25,261 nucleotides of DNA, taken from NCBI GenBank assembly GCA_030141605.1, contig JAQGDQ010002470.1:1-25261 (forward strand). Direction: 5' to 3'. The notes beneath the pieces were generated by a model. That model made no database searches. It saw nothing but the letters and a program-made list of their open reading frames with translations, and had not been told where the DNA came from. Position 1 is the stretch's first letter, and each line of letters begins with the position of its first letter. The position numbers and the translations under genes are program-made. This document shows positions 19,600 to 25,261 of this stretch, one piece after another. Origin of the DNA: Tubiluchus corallicola (Eukaryota; Animalia; Priapulida).

Positions 19600-21079
19600 A
19601 TGAAGCCTTATAAATGTTCTCATTGTGAACAAGTTTTTCAAAACATCACAAACTGGTTTAAGTCTAGAAGACCATGGCTGAAGGGTTTACATTAGTCACA
19701 AAACTTGTTGTTTCGTGGTGGCTTTTTCAACACGAGGGTTGCTCGATGCAAAGCTTTACAAGTGCACTCTGTCACGTTACATTCCTGCAGCCACTTGTTT
19801 AATATATCATCTGCTGGAGTGTAGAAGAGCAAAGCCTTACAAGTGCACTCTCTGTGACATTACATTCCTGCAGCTACATGTTTAATATATCATCTACTGG
19901 AGTGTAGAAGTGCAAAGCATTACAAGTGCACTCTCTGTGACGTCACATTCCTGCAGCTACATGTTTAATATATCATCTGCTGGAGTGTAGAAGAGCAAAG
20001 TCTTACAAGTGCACTCTCTGTGACATTACATTCCTGCAGCTACATGTTTAATATATCATCTGCTGGAGTGTAGAAGAGCAAAGTCTTACAAGTGCACTCT
20101 CTGTGACATTATATTCCTGCAGCTACATGTTTAATATATCATCTCCTGGAGTGTAGAAGAGCAAAGTCTTACAAGTGCACTCTCTGTGACATTACATTCC
20201 TGCAGCCACATGTTTAATATATCATCTCCTGGAGTGTAGAAGAGCAAAGCCTTACAAGTGCACTCTCTGTGACATTACATTCCTGCAGCCACATGTTTAA
20301 TATATCATCTCCTGGAGTGTAGAAGAGCAAAGCCTTACAAGTGCACTCTCTGTGACATTACATTCCTGCAGCCACATGTTTAATATATCATCTGTTGGAG
20401 TGTAGAAGAGCAAAGTCTTACAAGTGCACTCTCTGTGACATTATATTCCTGCAGCCACATGTTTAATATATCATCTGTTGGAGTGTAGAAGAGCAAAGCC
20501 TTACAAGTGCACTCTCTGTGACATTACATTCCTGCAGCTACATGTTTAATATATCATCTCCTGGAGTGTAGAAGAGCAAAGCCTTACAAGTGCACTCTCT
20601 GTGACATTACATTCCTGCAGCCACATGTTTAATATATCATCTGTTGGAGTGTAGAAGAGCAAAGCCTTACAAGTGCACTCCCTGTGACATTACATTCCTG
20701 CAGCTACATGTTTAATATATCATCTCCTGGAGTGTAGAAGAGCAAAGCCTTACAAGTGCACTCTCTGTGACATTACATTCCTGCAGCCACATGTTTAATA
20801 TATCATCTGCTGGAGTGTAGAAGAGCAAAGTCTTACAAGTGCACTCCCTGTGACATTACATTCCTGCAGCTACATGTTTAATATATCATCTCCTGGAGTG
20901 TAGAAGAGCAAAGTCTTACAAGTGCACTCTCTGTGACATTACATTCCTGCAGCTACATGTTTAATATATCATCTGCTGGAGTGTAGAAGAGCAAAGTCTT
21001 ACAAGTGCACTCTCTGTGACATTACATTCCTGCAGCCACATGTTTAATATATCATCTGCTGGAGTGTAGAAGAGCAAAG
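19600..21079 (+). pseudogene. Mirror copy of zinc-finger-derived 83-bp minisatellite (16 units)
   Basis: Repeats of AAGCCTTACAAGTGCACTCTCTGTGACATTACATTCCTGCAG, with the same unit-variant order as the left arm. Confidence 0.88.
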
Positions 21080-21160
21080 CTTTATAAACGTGATTACTGT
21101 GAAGTTTTTTTCATCAAAGTAGTTAGAATATTTGTCTGCAAATGAAAGTGAAAAGTCTTA

Positions 21161-21924
21161 GGTTCATTTCACAGTGAGGATGCAAGGAAAAGTGATGCAC
21201 GAAATTACTGTCTGAAAATTTCTGATGTTTCTCGAAATCTCATGCAGTTAGAAATTTCATTTCACCGTGAAACCGCACAGTTTTCCGCACGTCCAGTTAG
21301 GTGAAGTTACTTTGCGAGTTTTATACTGTAATCATGTCTAAATTACGATATACTTCTCGTATGCCTCATATACAAAGTACAATTAATAATGTTAGTCAAT
21401 GTAATGTCAGACCTGTTTTGTTTTTTCAGTAAAGTTCTACTAACCACCTCAAAAACTGAAAATATACATGCATAAAATAAATAAATGCGTTATTTTTCTT
21501 TTTCACGAATCTAGCCATCGCTGTTTCATTAATAAGCATAATATCGCTGTTGCAAAATGTTGCTGTTGGTCTAAAATCTTCAGTCTGTTAAAAGGGAGAT
21601 TAAATCGTAGAATTTTGTCCTGAAATGTATTAATTTTTGTCCGTTAAATAAGAAAGAAGTAACTAGGTAGTTAAATTTAATACTGAATTTTGTGAGGATT
21701 CCTCCCAAGAAATAGAACGTGTAGTATTTCTACCATATGGTATAATTCCTCACGAGGAGGACGCATAGCTTCTAGCTGGTAGCAGAATGCTTCACGAGGC
21801 ATTTTGCAGCACGCGTTCCTGTCAGATGCACCATGGAAAACAATGTGTTACATTTTCGTGAGGAATGTCGCAAGGAATTTCTCCTCGAAGCATTTTGCTG
21901 CGCGACCTCGCTGTGAAATGAGCC
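21161..21924. mobile_element. Mirror copy of Harbinger-like element
   Basis: GGTTCATTTCACAGTGAGG ... CCTCGCTGTGAAATGAGCC. Confidence 0.75.
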
Positions 21925-22503
21925 GGACAGTAACGTTTCTATTGTGTTGCTTTATGCAGCAAAGCATCTTAAAATCCAAGTGAGAAATCATTTCTTCCTA
22001 GTAATTAAAATATCTAATTTAGAGAGGAAACCTTAATAAACTTATTGTCAGGTTGAACCGCGATCATGTAAATGTCAAGCTACATAATCATCGCACAAAC
22101 ATAAGACTACGAGAGAGGAGAGAGAGAGAGAGGAGGCAGTATGTTTGCATAAAGCAAAACAATGTTACCTCGGCGTGAGGCCCCCCCCCTGGAGGGTGAG
22201 GCCCTAGGCGGTTGCCTAGTTTGCCTATGCCTAAGGCCGGCCCAGAGTACACAAACAAACAAGCAAACAAACAAACAAAAAAACAAAAACAAGGCGATAA
22301 ATGTGATAAATAATTTACTTAGTTTGAAGCAAACATGTATATATAATTCATGTATCAGCTGTCATTGGAAATAAATAGAATTGTACAAAATACATAATAT
22401 ATCCTATCAATCTTAGAACAAATAAATAATTTTATCTGGAATGTGTCCAGGTATTACAGCCGTTTCTTTGGCATAAATACGGAAACAAGGAACGCGTGCC
22501 CTG

Positions 22504-23122
22504 ACACGTCTTATCTATGTTTCGCATCTCTATGACTCAGAATTCGTATCTTTGGTCAGAGAATAGAACACGTCTTACAATGTTTCACATCTCTATGACT
22601 CAGAATTCATATCTTTGGTCAGAGAATAGAACAATACTACCACATTATCGACATGTCTTACAATGTTTTGCACCTCTATGACTCAGAATTCGTATCTTTG
22701 GTCAGAGAATAGAACAATACTAGCACAGTTATCGACATGTCTTACAATGTTTTGCATCTCTATGACTCAGAATTCATATCTTTGGTCAGAGAATAGAAAA
22801 ATACTACCACATTATCGACATGTCTTACGTTTCGCACCTCTATGACTCAGAATTCATATCTTTGGTCAGTGAATAGAACAATACTACCACATTATCGACA
22901 TGTCTTACAATGTTTTGCATCTCTATGACTCAGAATTCATATCTTTGGTCAGTGAATAGAACAATACTACCACAGTTATCGACACGTCTTACAATGTTTC
23001 GCATCTCTATGACTCAGAATTCATATCTTTGGTCAGAGAACAGAACACGTCTTACAATGTTTCGCATCTCTATGACTCAGAATTCGTATCTTTGGTCAGA
23101 GAACAGAACAATACTACAATAC
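22504..23122. repeat. Mirror copy of the 84/63-bp minisatellite (8 units)
   Basis: GAATTC at 22540, 22603, 22686, 22770, 22850, 22933, 23017 and 23080. Confidence 0.97.
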
Positions 23123-23740
23123 AGTTAATTAATTACACAATAGAACTAATACATTTGCGTGCTGAGACTGAACAGCACACAGGAAACACGAATAAGTCAA
23201 TGCAGTCCAAACGCTTGGTCACTTATTTCTAACGTACAAACAAATGTTAACTAGATTACTGAGCTACGTACAGACATCCTGTACTGAGCCTAGAACACGA
23301 TGCTCAATAATGCTATAATTTTACAGTTCAAGGCTACGATACTTCAGTGCAAAATTAAAGAACGAAGGCGCTAAGTCGTTTCGGAAAAGGATCAACTATT
23401 AGCTATACCACTCAAATAGATATTAGTTAACGGTCTTAAATAAACTACGATACTTCAGTGATCACCTAGAATCACACAAATCTATGAAAATCCATGATTA
23501 TCAAAACAACGAATTGGTGACTGATCAGCAATTTCATAACATTAATTTAAATTAACTCACCAAGATTTTTAACTTCTAACTACAAAGCTATTTTAAAAGT
23601 GACTAGTACCAATTTTTCTCACCAAGATAACAAGAGATCATAATTTTATTAAATTCTAAACACACGTATAGTGTAACATACTATGATTAAATAGAACTTC
23701 AACAATACACATGTAGCATCTGGCCAATAAACCATCTAAG

Positions 23741-24049
23741 CAGGGGCGTAGCTAGGTTTTAAAGTAAGGGGGAGCACGCTGATAAAAAAGGGCACCGTGA
23801 CACGTGAAGCTATTATATGTCACAATAGATTAGCATGTGATAAGAATATATTATAATTAGATCTGGAAAATTTGATTCTTGTTCCAATCAGTCAACCTTG
23901 ACAAATGAGTTGACGCTCTTTTCAAAAACACAAGAAGCAGGTTGGTCAAATAAAGTAATAAGGCAGGTTGTCGAAAAGGTGACAACTTTGAAAAATGTGA
24001 TGAGGGGGACCAGTGCTCCCCTAGCTCCCCCCTACTAGATATGCCACAG
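23741..24049. mobile_element. Mirror copy of hAT-type MITE
   Basis: CAGGGGCGTAGCTAG ... CTAGATATGCCACAG, with flanks CATCTAAG / CATTTAAT. Confidence 0.7.
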
Positions 24050-24984
24050 CATTTAATGGTAACAAAATTTGAATTACTTAAAGCATCAGATTTACAGAGC
24101 AAGCACGTCTAATTTTTCATGATCACACAACTTGAATTCCAAATGAGTAAATATCTAACAGTATAAAAACGACATTCCAAACACGTTTTGCATCAAATTC
24201 ATAGACAAATATTTCTACATTCTGCACGGTGTAGATGAAATTTTTCCATATAATTCCGAGTGAGGGGTGGAGGGGGTCATTTGCCTCCAGGCACAAAATT
24301 CTTCTAGAGTTCAATGACTGTCAATTATTAATTTCTAATCCGACATTAACAAAACAATTAGCAAAAGTTTTCAAACTACAAACAAACTGCCTAATCACAG
24401 ATCATCATAGCTGATTTAATTACTACCTACAGCCTACAAAAAAGGCTAATGTTGTTACTTAAGGGTGTGTTCAGGATGTTGTGTGGCTTAGCAGATCCAT
24501 AATTTTGGGAGAAACAGTGACGTTTCTCCAAATGCCGACTGTATTATTGTGAAAACCTTTAGTGTTCTGTATCTTTCATAATCTTTCCATGTTTCAATGC
24601 TGGAGCTCAATGTTTAAGCTGCCGTGCTATGCGCAATTAATGCATAGGAAAGAGTTACTCTGGTGCAGTACCACAAATCAAACTCAGAGTGATTCTTAGA
24701 AAAAATTTGTTTATATTTATCCCATTATGTCGAAAAAGGAAAGTTGGACTCAGGGATGCAAAAATGTGCACAATTTGTGGCTTCATCCACGAAAGAAATG
24801 ATCAAAACATTAAAAGGGTAGGGCACCAGAAATTTTTGAGGCCCCCGGGGCACCACAAACACCGGCGACACCACTGCTCCTCTGAACAACAGAGGAAACA
24901 AAATCAAATTCAATAACATTTCCTACTAACATTCGACAGGTGCTTGACAAAAGTCACTCACATAAATAATTATGCCAGTCATGG

Positions 24985-25261
24985 ACGCAAGATGATTCAC
25001 ATAGTGGAATGTCAGCCATCTTGATACAGAAGGTAAAGCAAATTTGAAAGAAAATCTTGATAGCGCTAGTTAAAGGTAAAGCTAACGTGTTCCCTAACCG
25101 CCTTTGGGTCTCCCAGATTGTAAGAAATGCAACACGATTCATACAGTGGAATGTCAGCCATCTTGATACAGAACGTAAAGCAAATTGAAAATGCAACACG
25201 ATTCATACAGTGGAATGTCAGCCATCTTGATACAGAAGGTAAAGCAAATTTAAAATGCAAC
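24985..25261. repeat. Mirror copy of the 64-bp tandem repeat
   Basis: AGTGGAATGTCAGCCATCTTGATACAGAA occurs three times. Confidence 0.9.

Larger units (their letters stand above)
13620..25261. repeat. Right arm of the giant inverted repeat
   Basis: Begins GTACAAGTTTTCCTTATTTTAG (13620), the reverse complement of the left-arm end, and runs to the window end. Confidence 0.99.

Noticed and set aside
1-25261. Giant transposon (Polinton/Maverick, foldback) or viral genome with terminal inverted repeats
   Set aside because: No transposase, integrase, polymerase or capsid ORFs. The arms consist of host gene exons, introns and ordinary repeats.

Overview
AT-rich, intron- and repeat-rich animal (probably invertebrate) genomic DNA. 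The whole window is one giant inverted repeat: a left arm (1-11643) and a right arm (13620-25261) around a unique 1976-bp spacer (11644-13619). It holds a four-exon GH99 glycoprotein endo-alpha-1,2-mannosidase (MANEA-like) gene on the + strand. The only copy of the first coding exon is in the spacer; exons 2-4 are in the right arm and are mirrored, intact, on the - strand of the left arm. The left-arm junction cuts into exon 1 at what looks like the end of the transmembrane signal anchor, so the native 5' end appears lost. By eye, the arms are identical over the inner ~5.4 kb and show patchy substitutions and indels further out. Each arm also carries four minisatellites (including a 16-copy, 83-bp frameshifted zinc-finger unit), several MITEs and LINE 3' ends. 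The sequence alone cannot tell whether this is a real chromosomal palindrome or a fold-back/haplotype-joining assembly artefact.
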